Assembly (NCBI GenBank): GCA_038212275.1
Contig: JBBQUR010000006.1
Location: 1 to 64,000 of the forward strand
Direction of reading: 5' to 3'
Length of the DNA: 64,000 nt
From: Planctomycetota bacterium
Lineage (GTDB): Bacteria > Planctomycetota > B15-G4
Shown here: piece after piece, positions 40,138 through 50,320 of the stretch
How the letters are laid out: each line of letters starts with the position of its first letter
Numbering within the stretch: the stretch's first letter is position 1
Notes under the pieces: model-generated
The model's input: only the letters and a program-made list of their open reading frames with translations
Told to the model about the DNA's origin: nothing
Databases searched by the model: none
Translations under genes and position numbers: made by a program

Positions 40138-40927
40138 GAAGCAGGTCACCCTGAGCCCGCCGCGAAAGTCCGCGACGCCGTCCCCGGACGCCACGAGCGA
40201 GGGCGTCGCGCCGGCTGCACGCCCCTCGATCGTGAAGCCCATCCTGCTGCTGCTCGTGATCACCGGCAGCCTGCTCGCCTTCTACCTTTCGCCGCTGCAC
40301 CAGCTGCTCATGCCCGAGGGTCTGGAAGACCTGCGCGACTTCTTCAACGGCTTCGGCGCGTGGACGCCGCTGGTCTTCGCCGCCGCCTGCGCGATCGGCG
40401 TCGGCTTCGGTCTCCCGCGCCTCGCCTTCGCGGCGCTGGGGGGGCTGCTCTTCGGTGCGCTGATCGGCAGCATCGTCGCGCAGTTCGGCACGCTGCTCGG
40501 ATGCGTGCTCGCCTTCGGCTGGGCGCGCTGGCTGGGGCGCGACTTCGTGGAACGCCGCGACAGTCGTCGCCTGCGGCAGCTGCTCGACAAGATCCGGCTG
40601 CGCCCGATCGCCACCAACGTGCTGCTGCGCGTCTGCCCGGTGGGCAATGCCTTCGCGACGAACCTGCTCTTCGGCGTGAGCCCGATGAGCTTGAAGGACT
40701 TCGTGATCGGCACCTTCCTCGGGACGCTGCCCGAGACCGTCGTCCTCGCGCTCTTCGGCGCGAGCATGTACCACGGCTCGGCGCTGCGGGCGATCGCCGG
40801 CGCGGTGCTCATGGTGGCGCTGATCGTCGGCTACTACGTGGCGTCGCGGCGCTCGAAGATGGCGGCCGAACTGGAACGCGACCTGGCCGAGCCGCCCGGT
40901 GACGAATCGACAGGGCCTCGCGCCTGA
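40130..40927 (+). CDS. TVP38/TMEM64 (VTT/DedA superfamily) membrane protein
   Basis: LPRLAFAALGGLLFG, AFGWARWLGRD, LLRVCPVG, DFVIGTFLGTLP. Confidence 0.88.
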   Translation: MVEKQVTLSPPRKSATPSPDATSEGVAPAARPSIVKPILLLLVITGSLLAFYLSPLHQLLMPEGLEDLRDFFNGFGAWTPLVFAAACAIGVGFGLPRLAFAALGGLLFGALIGSIVAQFGTLLGCVLAFGWARWLGRDFVERRDSRRLRQLLDKIRLRPIATNVLLRVCPVGNAFATNLLFGVSPMSLKDFVIGTFLGTLPETVVLALFGASMYHGSALRAIAGAVLMVALIVGYYVASRRSKMAAELERDLAEPPGDESTGPRA

Positions 40928-40928
40928 C

Positions 40929-43460
40929 TCAGGTCGGTCGGGTGCGCCGCTCGCGCCAGGCGAGCGCCAGGCACGCGGCCAGCAGCACGAGCGCCGTCGC
41001 GCCGGCGGCCCGTCCCAGCTCCCAGCCGCGCGAACGGTAGACGAAGGCCACGACGTGCCGACCGGCGGGCACGTCCACGGCGCGGAAGGCGAGATTGGCC
41101 GGCTGCATCACGGCCGGCTGTCCGTCGATGCTCGCGCTCCATCCGGGCATCCATGAGTCGCACAGCACGAGCGTCGCGGGCGTCGGGCTGTCCACGAGGA
41201 TCTCCACGTGTTCGGGGTCGTCGCGCGTGAAGGCCACGCTGCCACGCTGCGGCCCTTCGCGCGGCACGCCGGCGCGCAGCGGGCCGGCGCTGCCCGTCTC
41301 GACCACCGCGACCCGATGCGGGTCGAAGTCCGGTGCCGCCAGGGCCTGTCGCGCCGCGGCCTCGTCCGCGACCGGCAGCACGCTGGCCGCGAGGAAGGCG
41401 CGCGGCATCGCGCTGTCGTTGCGATAGAGCCAGGCATCGCCGACGCGCCCGAGTTCGGTCAGCCCCGGCCGCATGAGCGGCACGCTGGAGAGCACGCGCG
41501 TCACGGCGAGCGCATCGAGCAGCGGCGAGTCGAGCGCGCGCGCATCGGACAGCGCCGCGGTGCCGACGCCGGACGACGTGCCCGGCTGCAGCAGCTCGTG
41601 CAGCGCCTCCACGCGGCGCGGGCCCAGCGTGATGTAGCCGGACACGTCGCGCACGCCGAAGGGCAGCGCGGTGTCGGGCGGCAGCGGGTAGGCGAGCACG
41701 GACGGGTCGCCCGGATGGAAGCGTTGCAGGCGGCCTCCGTCGTCGTCGAGCAGGCGCGCCAGGCCGGGAGGCGGCGCGTCGAAGCCCGCAGCCGGCAGCG
41801 TGGTGCGTGCGGCGGCGGCCGTGCCGGCCAGGTCCACGGCGGCGGCCGTGAAGAGCACCGCGGCGCCCCACGTCGGGCGACGGCGGGCCAGCAGCAGCGC
41901 GCCCGCGCAGAGCACGGCGAACACCGCAAAGCGCAGCAGCGCGTGCTGCAGAAGCGTGAGGTCCAGCGCCAGGTCGCCGGCGTGCGCGGCGATCTCGGAC
42001 TCGCTGACAGCCAGCTTGCCGGCGAGCGCCGGGGTCACCAGGGAGGCCCAGCGGCCGGCGTCGAGCGCGAGCGAAATCCCCGCGGCCACGACCGCCAAGG
42101 TGGCCGTGCCGGCGGCGGTGACCAGCAGCCAGCCCGGCGGGCCTTCGCGCAGCAGCCGCCACAGGCCGAGTCCCGCGAGCAGCGCGCCGCCGACCCCGAA
42201 GAGCAGCAGCGCGCGCCGCGGGTCGCCTGTGGAGAGGCCGGGTAGGTGCAGCAGCGCGGGGAGCACCGGCGTGTCGATCGCGCAGAGTGCGCCGCCGAAC
42301 AGCATCGCCGCACCAAGCGCCCGGCCGCGAGCCGGCGTGGCCAGCCCAAGCAGTGCGAGCAGGAGACCTGCAAAGCCGATGCTGCTGGCCGTCTCCACGG
42401 AGTTGCTGCCGGGCTTGCGCAGCAGCAGCGAGACCACGCCCTCGGCGCGGAGCTGCGGCGCCTCGTGACGCGCCAGATCCTCGGAGCGCCCGAACAGGTC
42501 GGGCACGACGGCCGCGAGCAGGCTGGCGGGGCTCATGGCCAGCCCGGCGGCGTCCGCCGGCGTCGGCGCGCGTCGCACGCCGTCGATGAGCACCTCGTTG
42601 CGCGCGCACTCGGGACTCGCGGCCAGTTCTGCCGACGGCAGGAATTGCGGTGCGCCCAGCGCGAGCCCGAGCGCCAGCCCGGCGCAGGCCCACGCCGCGC
42701 GGTGCAGCGTGCGGCGGCGCACGCCCGGTGCGCCCGCCATCACGGCGCGCACGCTGCTGACCCCGATGAGTCCCCCGCAGGCGTAGAGCAGGAAGAGGCT
42801 CGCCTGCGGGAAGCCCGCAAGCAGCGAGCATCCGGTCGCCACCGCGGTGAGGGCCAGCGCACCCCAGCGCTGGCCGGACAGAAGGCGCTGGCAGCCGAGC
42901 AGCGCGGCTGGAATCCAGATCGACGCGCCCTGGATCTGGAACCACTGCGTGCGCATCGCCAGGAAGCCGCACGAGGCGAAGCACATGCCGCCGAAACTCG
43001 CGGACCAGGCAGGGACGCCGTACTCGCGCAGCAGCGCGTAGAGGAACAGGCCCGCCAGCGCGGTCTGCACGAAGGCGATCCAGCCGTAGGCCTGCAGCGG
43101 CGGCATGACCAGCGTGAGCAGCGTCACGGGCGACAGCACGCCGTGGACCGCCTGCGCGAGCAGCGGCGCGCCGCAGAGATTGTCGGGATTCCAGAGCGGC
43201 GCCTCGCCGGCGGACAGCCGCGCCAGCGCCAGCCGGAGCTGCGGGTGGAACATGAGCGTCTTGTCGGCCTCGAGCGGCCGGCCGGCCGCGCTCACCTCGG
43301 CGAGCAGGGCGGGGTCGGCCTCGGCGCGCCAGGGCGAGAGCTGGGCCGTGTGGACCGCGACGAGTGCGCGCTCCCCGGTGAGCACCGGCAGAAAGAGCAG
43401 CAGCGGCAGCAGCACGAGCAACGCTGCCGGCAGCATCCGGAGCGGGCCGGTGGGAGCCAT
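40929..43460 (-). CDS. YfhO-family (GT-C fold) membrane protein
   Basis: APLWNPDNLCGAPLLA, LLAGFPQ, PQFLPSAEL, DVSGY, YRNDSAMPRAF, SWMPGWSASIDG, ANLAFRAVDVPAGRHVVAFVY. Confidence 0.88.
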   Translation of the reverse strand: MAPTGPLRMLPAALLVLLPLLLFLPVLTGERALVAVHTAQLSPWRAEADPALLAEVSAAGRPLEADKTLMFHPQLRLALARLSAGEAPLWNPDNLCGAPLLAQAVHGVLSPVTLLTLVMPPLQAYGWIAFVQTALAGLFLYALLREYGVPAWSASFGGMCFASCGFLAMRTQWFQIQGASIWIPAALLGCQRLLSGQRWGALALTAVATGCSLLAGFPQASLFLLYACGGLIGVSSVRAVMAGAPGVRRRTLHRAAWACAGLALGLALGAPQFLPSAELAASPECARNEVLIDGVRRAPTPADAAGLAMSPASLLAAVVPDLFGRSEDLARHEAPQLRAEGVVSLLLRKPGSNSVETASSIGFAGLLLALLGLATPARGRALGAAMLFGGALCAIDTPVLPALLHLPGLSTGDPRRALLLFGVGGALLAGLGLWRLLREGPPGWLLVTAAGTATLAVVAAGISLALDAGRWASLVTPALAGKLAVSESEIAAHAGDLALDLTLLQHALLRFAVFAVLCAGALLLARRRPTWGAAVLFTAAAVDLAGTAAAARTTLPAAGFDAPPPGLARLLDDDGGRLQRFHPGDPSVLAYPLPPDTALPFGVRDVSGYITLGPRRVEALHELLQPGTSSGVGTAALSDARALDSPLLDALAVTRVLSSVPLMRPGLTELGRVGDAWLYRNDSAMPRAFLAASVLPVADEAAARQALAAPDFDPHRVAVVETGSAGPLRAGVPREGPQRGSVAFTRDDPEHVEILVDSPTPATLVLCDSWMPGWSASIDGQPAVMQPANLAFRAVDVPAGRHVVAFVYRSRGWELGRAAGATALVLLAACLALAWRERRTRPT

Positions 43461-43742
43461 CGACGCAGTGTGCGTCCTGCGGAGGCGCGGTCCAAGCCTG
43501 CAGACGGGCTCGTCCGGCTGCGCGAGGCGCCTGCCGGTCGCGAGTTGCGCCCCGCGGCCTGGGCCTTCGTCTTCGGGCCCGCGCGGCGCCCCGATGAGGG
43601 GCCGGTCCGGGAGGTGCCGGCACTTTCCACTCCATGCGCGGCGCGGCACCGGCCGATAGCGGGCCACGCGGTCCCCGATGGCCCGTCCCGGACCGCAGCC
43701 TGCAACCGCACCCTCGAACGCTCACTCCCGGAAGCTCCCGCG

Positions 43743-44264
43743 ATGAACAACACCAGGATCGCCATCATCGTGCTGCGCGGCGTGCTCGGCGGGCTGCTGC
43801 TGCTCATCGTGGCGCGGGCCGTCCTGTTCACGTCTTACAAGGTCTCCGGCTCGTCGATGCGCGAGACACTCGCGGACGGAGACCACATCCTGGTGTGCGA
43901 GCTGCCGATCCTCAGCCGGCCGATCCACCTTGGCGACACGGTGGTGCTGGACGTGGACGATGAGACGCTGGTCAAGCGCGTCATGGCCGGCCCCGGCGAC
44001 TCGATCGCGATGAAGGGCGGCACGGTCCTGCGCAACGGCAAGCCGGTGGTGGAGTCCATCCCGCCGGAGCTCAACGCGCACGACACCTTTCCCACGTACT
44101 TCCTGCGCACCAACGAATACTTCGTGATGGGCGATCATCGCAACGTGTCCATCGACAGCCGGGCCTTCGGGCCGGTGCACGGCGAACAGGTGCGCGGCAA
44201 GGTCATGCTGCGCATGAACGGCATCTCGGTGAGCAGCGTGGCCGCGCTGGAACGCGCCCGCTGA
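43743..44264 (+). CDS. lepB: Signal peptidase I
   Basis: N-terminal TM, VSGSSM (catalytic Ser), LVKRV (Lys), YFVMGDHRNVSIDSRAFGPV. Confidence 0.92.
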   Translation: MNNTRIAIIVLRGVLGGLLLLIVARAVLFTSYKVSGSSMRETLADGDHILVCELPILSRPIHLGDTVVLDVDDETLVKRVMAGPGDSIAMKGGTVLRNGKPVVESIPPELNAHDTFPTYFLRTNEYFVMGDHRNVSIDSRAFGPVHGEQVRGKVMLRMNGISVSSVAALERAR

Positions 44265-44285
44265 TCGCGGCAGCCTGTCGCGGCT

Positions 44286-44334
44286 TGCCGGCGTGCATGC
44301 CGGCGTGCATGAGGGCGCGCACGAGGGCGCGGCA
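44286..44334. repeat. Intergenic 12-bp tandem repeat x4 (TGCCGGCGTGCA / TGAGGGCGCGCA)
   Basis: Directly visible. Confidence 0.65.
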
Positions 44335-44385
44335 CGCCGTCCGCGCGCCCTTGTGGGAGCCGGCAGGCCGCCACACAATGCGCCC

Positions 44386-45066
44386 ATGGGTCCCGTGCTC
44401 ACCACGTTGCGCCGCACGCTGCTCGTGCCGGCCAGCGTGGCGGTGACCGCGCTGGCCGCGGCGCTGGCCTGGCTGGGCAGCTACCTGGCCGCCGCGCAGC
44501 TTGGCGCCGACGAAGGCTTCCTTGCCGAGGTGCGCGCGGGCTCGCTGCTCTTCGGCGGCGCGCTGGTGCTCTCGCTGGCCGAGCCGCTGACCGTGCTGCG
44601 CGAGGCGCGCGGCGGGCTGCTGGCGCTCCGCGCGGCGCGCGGTGGCGGCTTCGCGCTGGGCCGGCGCTGGCTCGGGCTGCTGCTGGCCACGCTGCCGACG
44701 GTGCTGATCTGTGCCTGGGCCGCGGGTGGGGAACCCGCGTCGCCGCTCGGGCTGCTGCTCGACCTCGGCGTCCTGTGCGCCGGCGGCCTGGCGCTGGGCG
44801 CCTTTCTCGAGCGCGCGCTGCTCGTGCCGGCACTGTGGTGCCTGCTCGTGCTCGGTCAGCTCCGCCCGTGGTTCGGCGACTCTCCGGCCGCCTGGCTGCT
44901 GCCGCACATGGGGGACCTGTCCGGCGCCGGGGCGACGGGTGCCGCGTCCGGCAGCGCCGGTCCCGCAGTCTCGGCTGCGACGGCGGCCGCCGCGCTGCTC
45001 TGGTGCGCCGGCATGCTGCTCCTCGCCGACTGGCGCCTCTCGCGCGTCGTCGGCCAGGGCGGCTGA
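44386..45066 (+). CDS. Hypothetical membrane protein (ABC-permease-like topology)
   Basis: About 6 hydrophobic segments, high GC3. Confidence 0.65.
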   Translation: MGPVLTTLRRTLLVPASVAVTALAAALAWLGSYLAAAQLGADEGFLAEVRAGSLLFGGALVLSLAEPLTVLREARGGLLALRAARGGGFALGRRWLGLLLATLPTVLICAWAAGGEPASPLGLLLDLGVLCAGGLALGAFLERALLVPALWCLLVLGQLRPWFGDSPAAWLLPHMGDLSGAGATGAASGSAGPAVSAATAAAALLWCAGMLLLADWRLSRVVGQGG

Positions 45067-45117
45067 GCGTCGCGCCGACGCCCGCGGCCGGGCCGACGCC
45101 TGCGGCCGGGCCGGCGG

Positions 45118-45972
45118 CTAGAGCAGCAGGCGCACCGAGATCAGGTCCGCGGCGACCACGAGCACGATGAGCAGACCCGTGAACGTGCCGCGCGACTTGA
45201 GGTGCAGCAGCAGCACGCACATGGACACGAAGGCGGCCAGCGCGGCGCGGTCGAGCACCGCGCGCAACCAGGTGGCGTTGGCGGCGATCACCTCCGGGCG
45301 GGCCAGCGCCTCGACGCGCCACGAGCCCGGCGTGGGGCCGGCCGCGTCGATGCGCTCGAGCAGCGGCCGGACGACGCGCGCGTCGGTCACGGCGCCGGCC
45401 TGCAGCGACGCCGCGATGAGCACGCCCGCCAGCAGCACCGCGGCAGCTCCGAGGACCATCGCGGCGCCCTCGCCGCTCCCGTCCGCCGCGCGGCGACCGA
45501 GCCTGAGCAGGCCGGCGCCGGCAAGCGCCGCGATCGCCACGCGGAAGCTCTCCGCTTTCAGGCCGAGGGGAGCCCCGGGACCCGCGACCCAGTCCCAGGC
45601 GGTGAACACGCACGCGAGGCCGAAGGCCAGGCGCCCGGCGATGGCGAGCATGCCTCGGGCGGAAAAGATCCCGTAGATGGCGAGCAGCAGCGCGAGAAAG
45701 CCCGTCGCGAGGCCGCGCCGCTCGTGCCGGCGTCCCTCGCTCGCTTCGCTGAGCGCGGCCCGTGGCAGGTGAAACTCGTTGCCCGGACGCGAGTCCGCCA
45801 GCCACGTCACGTCCGGCTGCCCCTCGGCGTGGAAAACCCCGGGCGCGATGAGCGCGGCGGCCGCGCCTGGCCACGGGCGCAGGGGCGGCCAGCGCTCGTC
45901 GATCTGCCGGTCCAGCACGAGCAGCACGAGCACGAGACTCGCCGCCAGCACCCGCTGCGCGCCGAGGCTCAT
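45118..45972 (-). CDS. Hypothetical membrane protein
   Basis: 3' part of ORF 45118..46842; ATG overlaps upstream stop; multiple TM segments. Confidence 0.65.
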   Translation of the reverse strand: MSLGAQRVLAASLVLVLLVLDRQIDERWPPLRPWPGAAAALIAPGVFHAEGQPDVTWLADSRPGNEFHLPRAALSEASEGRRHERRGLATGFLALLLAIYGIFSARGMLAIAGRLAFGLACVFTAWDWVAGPGAPLGLKAESFRVAIAALAGAGLLRLGRRAADGSGEGAAMVLGAAAVLLAGVLIAASLQAGAVTDARVVRPLLERIDAAGPTPGSWRVEALARPEVIAANATWLRAVLDRAALAAFVSMCVLLLHLKSRGTFTGLLIVLVVAADLISVRLLL

Positions 45973-46892
45973 GCGCCGGCGTCTCCATGGCCCGGCGGCC
46001 GGCGCGCCACGACGAAGAGCGAGTGGCCGAAGGGCGAACTCACGTGCCGCAGCACGTGGCGCTCGCCGCCGAAGATCGCGGCGGCCAGCGCGTTGAACGG
46101 CCCGGGCATCGGCACGTCGAGGTTGTTGCTCGTGCCGGCGGGGATGCGCAGCAGTCGCTCGCGCGCCTTGATGACCAGCACCGTCGGCACGATGACGAGG
46201 CCGAGCACGCAGTTCACGTAGGTGGCCTTGCGCACGTCGAAGCCGGCGGCGCGCAGCTTGGCCACCAGGTCGCCGCGCGTGTAGCGGCGGAAGTGGTGCG
46301 CGACGCGGTCGTTGTTCGCGTAGAGCCACTGGTAGGCGGGCACGGAGATCGCGAGGTGTCCGCCCGGCTTCAGGCTGGCCAGCATCTCCGCCAGCACCGC
46401 GCGGTCGTCGGGCGTGTGCTCGAGCACGTCCCACAGGCACAGCAGGTCCTGGCTGCCGGCGGGGACGGGCAGGTGGTCCGACGCGGCGACGAGCGTCTGC
46501 GGGAAGCCGTGCTCGCGGCACCACGCAATGGAGGGTTCGTCGAGCTCCAGGCCCGTGACGCGGCCGAACGCCGCCAGCGGCGCGAGGAATCCGCCGACGC
46601 CGCAGCCCACGTCGAGCACCGAGAGCGGCGAGAGCGGCGAGTGCGGCGAGTGCGCGGGTCGCATGCGGCCGGTCGCGCCGGTCGCGCCGGTCGCACCGGT
46701 CGCACCGGTCGCACCGGATGCACCAGCTGCATCGGTTGCGCCGGATGCAGGGGCGGCAGGGGCAGCCGGCAGCGTGATGCCGTCGCGCTCCATCACGGTG
46801 CGCAGCAACGAGAGGTAGAGCGTGCGCCGGCCGCGGAACCACCAGTGGCGGTCGGCCAGTTCCGCGAAGAGCTTGAAGCCGACGCGTTCCAG
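45969..46892 (-). CDS. Class I SAM-dependent methyltransferase (probable CTG start)
   Basis: HWWFRGRR, VLDVGCGVG, WDVLEH, LKPGG, VPAYQWLY, HFRRY. Confidence 0.85.
   Translation of the reverse strand: MERVGFKLFAELADRHWWFRGRRTLYLSLLRTVMERDGITLPAAPAAPASGATDAAGASGATGATGATGATGATGRMRPAHSPHSPLSPLSVLDVGCGVGGFLAPLAAFGRVTGLELDEPSIAWCREHGFPQTLVAASDHLPVPAGSQDLLCLWDVLEHTPDDRAVLAEMLASLKPGGHLAISVPAYQWLYANNDRVAHHFRRYTRGDLVAKLRAAGFDVRKATYVNCVLGLVIVPTVLVIKARERLLRIPAGTSNNLDVPMPGPFNALAAAIFGGERHVLRHVSSPFGHSLFVVARRPPGHGDAGA
46621..46749 (-). repeat. In-frame 9-bp tandem repeats (GAT-GAT... and HSP/LSP peptide repeats)
   Basis: CCGGTCGCR-like x9 at 46669-46749; GAGAGCGGC-like x4 at 46621-46655. Confidence 0.85.
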
Positions 46893-46894
46893 GG

Positions 46895-48007
46895 TCAGCG
46901 CTTCCTGGCCACCGCGACCATCTCGTCCCGGAAGTTCAGGTAGATGGACGCGTTGCCCAGCAGGCGCAGCGGCGAGGCGAGGGTCGTGAGCACCGGATGG
47001 ATGCGCCCGACGCGCTCCACGAGAAACTGCATCGAGACGTACTTGCCGCCGAGGCGCGGCGTGTTCTCCACGAGCGCGAAGCCGCAGTCGCCCAGCAGGC
47101 GCGACAGCGAGGCCGGGTCGAAATGGTAGAGGTGCTCCTCGTGCTTGTAGTGCTGCCAGCGGTGACCGAGCAGGCGGGCGAAACGCGATGCGACGTTCTG
47201 CGTCTCCAGCACCAGCACGCCGTCGTCCGCGAGCAGCGCGGCGGCGCGGCGCAGGTGCGGGCGCGGGTCCTCGAGGTGCTCGATGACGTCCCACAGCGTG
47301 ATGACGTCGAAGGAGCGCTCGGGCAGGTCCAGGCCCAGGAGGTCGCCGCGGCGGATGTCCGGCAGGCGCAGCGACTCCTGCGCGTGCGTGACCATGGGCG
47401 CGGAGATCTCGACGCCGGTGGTCTTCCAGCCCTGCTCCGCCATGACGGAGAGAAAGAAGCCCGCGGCGCAGCCCACGTCGAGCACGCGGCCGGGCACCGG
47501 CTTGTAGCGGCGGATGATCCGGCTGCGCAGGCGGTAGGTGCGCTGGTAGAGCGGCCCCTCGTGGAGGTACTGCGTGTAGCCGAACTCCTTGGCGCGGTCC
47601 GAGGCCCAGTACTCCTCCTGGTACATCTCGTGCAGGCGTTCGGGCGGCAGGCGGGGATTCACGTAGACGAGCCCGCAGCGCCGGCACTCGACGACGCGGA
47701 AGGGGCCGTCGCGGAAGCGCAGTTGTTCGTCCGCCTCGCCGCAGAAGAGGCAGGGCACGTCGCGCATGGCGGGCGATGCACCCGTCGGCGTGCCGCGTGG
47801 CGGAACGGGGCTGCTGCCGGACGGCGGCGTCGGGGCTGCCGGTGCTGCCGGTGCTGCCGGTGATGTCGGTGATGTCGGTGATGTCGGCGATGTCGGGGAT
47901 GTCGGGGTTGTCGGGGTTGCCGGGGTTGCCGGCGTCGCCGCGCGGCCCTGCGCCTCATCGCGTGGGCCGCCCGCATCCGGGATGGCGGCTCCACTGCGCG
48001 CGCTCAC
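46895..48007 (-). CDS. Class I SAM-dependent methyltransferase with N-terminal Zn-ribbon (alternative start ATG 47767)
   Basis: CLFCG...CRRCGLVYVNP, VLDVGCAAGFF, FDVITLWDVIEHLEDP, EHLYHF; GTG 48007 overlaps upstream stop. Confidence 0.88.
   Translation of the reverse strand: MSARSGAAIPDAGGPRDEAQGRAATPATPATPTTPTSPTSPTSPTSPTSPAAPAAPAAPTPPSGSSPVPPRGTPTGASPAMRDVPCLFCGEADEQLRFRDGPFRVVECRRCGLVYVNPRLPPERLHEMYQEEYWASDRAKEFGYTQYLHEGPLYQRTYRLRSRIIRRYKPVPGRVLDVGCAAGFFLSVMAEQGWKTTGVEISAPMVTHAQESLRLPDIRRGDLLGLDLPERSFDVITLWDVIEHLEDPRPHLRRAAALLADDGVLVLETQNVASRFARLLGHRWQHYKHEEHLYHFDPASLSRLLGDCGFALVENTPRLGGKYVSMQFLVERVGRIHPVLTTLASPLRLLGNASIYLNFRDEMVAVARKR
47829..47936 (-). repeat. 9-bp tandem repeat x12 (TPA/TPT/SPT/APA if translated)
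   Basis: GYCGGKGMT-like units directly visible on the plus strand. Confidence 0.88.
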
Positions 48008-49419
48008 CCGAAGTACTCGTCCCCGGCCGCGACCTCCGAGTGATCGATGCCGCTCTTCTCCAGCGTGCGGCGCGCGACGGCGTGCCCCATGGCGATCGAG
48101 TGGTCCATGTTGCCGTAGCGGAACAGGCCCTGCCGTCCGGTGGACATCATGTTCTGGAAGCCGCGCAGCCAGGTCATGAGCGTGTCCACGTGGCCGCGGT
48201 AGGTGAGGTCGTAGATCGGGTAGGCGTAGTCGATGCGCCGCACGAAACCGCCGTTGAGCACTTCCTCGGGCTTGAGCAGCCCGAGCGTCACGAGGTTGGC
48301 CGTGGCCAGCTTGATGAGGTCCTCGTCCTTCATCGTCCAGTACTTGTCGCCGTTGGTGGACGTGATCTCCGCGCAGACCATCGTCTTGCCTTCGGGCGCG
48401 CACTGCCGGCTGAAGTTCGTGAACTCGCTGATCCTGTGGATCGCGATGTGCTCCTCGGGGATGTAGATCCAGTGGTCCGGCGTGAGCTGCGGCCGGTCCA
48501 GCTTGAGGTACACGCAGACGATGCCCTTGTGCTTGAGGTCCGTGATGGCGTCGCGCACCGGCTGCGGGACACGTGCCCCGAGCATGGGCACGAGCAGCGT
48601 GAGCGGAATCGTGCTGAGGTACAGGTCGGACTTCGCGACGTGCTCGACGCCGTCCTTGACGTAGACGATGCCCGTGACCTGGTCGCCCTGCGACTGAAGG
48701 CGCACGACCTCGGCGCCCGTGACGACCTTGCCGCCGTCGCGCAGGATGAGGCGCTGGTAGCCGAGCGCCAGCTCGCCGATGCCGCCGGTCTTGGGGTAGA
48801 CGAAGAGCGAGACCAGCGTGCGCGGCACGTTGCGCGGCCGGAACAACGTCTTCTTCACGGCGTCCCACAGCGAGAGCAGGGAGATGCGCTGGCTGGCCCA
48901 GTCCGCGCTGATCTGCGTGCAGGGGATGCCCCAGGCCTTGCGCGTGTAGGTTCCGAAGAACAAGTCGTAGAGCGTGCGCCCGAAGCGCTTGATGACCCAG
49001 TTCTCGAAGTTGTTGTCCGGGATCGGGCGCACCGCATTGCGCAGCCGCACGGCGAGGTAGTCCCAGAAGGACTTGAAGAGCAGCCACGGCGGCAGGCTCC
49101 GCACGACGTTGCCCGCCTTGAGCGGGTAGTCGAAGAACTTGCGCTTCATGTAGATGCGCGAGAGCCGTGCACGGTCGTGGTGGTTGCCGTCGAGCACCAT
49201 GCGGAAGTGGTCGTTCAGCTCCTTGAGCGAGCTGTAGAGCCGGTGCGGCCCGAGGTCGAAGGTGTAGCCCTCTTCCGTGAACGAGGAGGCCAGGCCGCCG
49301 ACCTTGGGATCGCGCTCGAGGACCGTCACGTCCCAGCCTGCTTCCGCGAACTTCTGGGCGGCCGAGAGGCCGGCCAGGCCGCCTCCGAGCACCGTCATGC
49401 TGCGGGCTGTGCTGGTCAT
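48004..49419 (-). CDS. FAD-dependent oxidoreductase (amine oxidase/HemY/UGM-like, glycan-cluster type)
   Basis: VLGGGLAGLSAA, VLER...VGGLA, FDLGPHR, YPKTGGIG, AYPIY, GRQGLFRYGNMDHSI. Confidence 0.9.
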   Translation of the reverse strand: MTSTARSMTVLGGGLAGLSAAQKFAEAGWDVTVLERDPKVGGLASSFTEEGYTFDLGPHRLYSSLKELNDHFRMVLDGNHHDRARLSRIYMKRKFFDYPLKAGNVVRSLPPWLLFKSFWDYLAVRLRNAVRPIPDNNFENWVIKRFGRTLYDLFFGTYTRKAWGIPCTQISADWASQRISLLSLWDAVKKTLFRPRNVPRTLVSLFVYPKTGGIGELALGYQRLILRDGGKVVTGAEVVRLQSQGDQVTGIVYVKDGVEHVAKSDLYLSTIPLTLLVPMLGARVPQPVRDAITDLKHKGIVCVYLKLDRPQLTPDHWIYIPEEHIAIHRISEFTNFSRQCAPEGKTMVCAEITSTNGDKYWTMKDEDLIKLATANLVTLGLLKPEEVLNGGFVRRIDYAYPIYDLTYRGHVDTLMTWLRGFQNMMSTGRQGLFRYGNMDHSIAMGHAVARRTLEKSGIDHSEVAAGDEYFG

Positions 49420-49546
49420 GGGCGGGCTGGCGTCTCGGCGGGATGTGCGGGATGTGCGGGATGGCGGCCGGACCGGCCGGTGCGCGGAGGGGGACTTCGC
49501 ATCATGGCAAGTCCTCGCTGTCGGTGCATCTGGCGTGCAGGGGCCG

Positions 49547-50254
49547 TCATCGGCCGAGCCGGCGACGAATCGACAGCAATTCCATGAAGGATCGGACCAC
49601 GTCCCGGGCGAGGCGCACGCGGGAGTCATCGACGTCGCGCCAGGTGACCGGGATCTCGCGGATGACCAGGTGCGCGCGGGTGGCTCGGGCCAGAATCTCC
49701 ACGTCGAAGCTCCAGCCCGGCGTCCGGGTCGCCTCGAACAGGCTCCGGGCGTGCACGCCGCGGAACAGCTTGAAGCCGCAGGTGTAGTCCGAGATGGACT
49801 GGCCGGTCATGAGATTGGCGAGCCGGGTGAAGCCGAGACCCAGCCAGGTGCGCAGCGCCGACTGGCCGCGCTGGATGTCCGCCTGCCGGCTCTTGCGATT
49901 GCCGATGACCACGTCCGCGCCGTCGCGCAGGGCCGCCAGGAAGGGCCGCAGCGTCTCGGGCGGGGTGGACATGTCGGCGTCGCAGAAGAGCACTTCGTCG
50001 CCTCGAGTGTCCACGATGCCGGTGCGCAGCGCGGCGCCCTTGCCCTGGTTCACCGCATGCGACAGGCCGCGGACTCCGGGCGTGGCGGCGGCGAGCCGCG
50101 CGATCTCCGCGCCGGTGCCGTCGGAGCTGCCATCGTCCACGAGGACGATCTCCCAGTCGCGCGAAGCGAGCTCATCGAGGAGGGGGCGCAGCGCCGCGAC
50201 GTGCGCTTGCAGGCAAGCAGCCTCGTTGTAGACCGGGATGACGACACTTATCAT
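49547..50254 (-). CDS. GT2 polyprenol-phosphate glucosyltransferase-like (ALG5-like)
   Basis: [55 protein letters not shown]. Confidence 0.9.
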   Translation of the reverse strand: MISVVIPVYNEAACLQAHVAALRPLLDELASRDWEIVLVDDGSSDGTGAEIARLAAATPGVRGLSHAVNQGKGAALRTGIVDTRGDEVLFCDADMSTPPETLRPFLAALRDGADVVIGNRKSRQADIQRGQSALRTWLGLGFTRLANLMTGQSISDYTCGFKLFRGVHARSLFEATRTPGWSFDVEILARATRAHLVIREIPVTWRDVDDSRVRLARDVVRSFMELLSIRRRLGR

Positions 50255-50320
50255 GTCGCGGTTTGCTGTTCCGGGTTGCGCGGCGCGAGCGAGCGGGCGT
50301 CGGATCGTAGCGGGGGTCTG

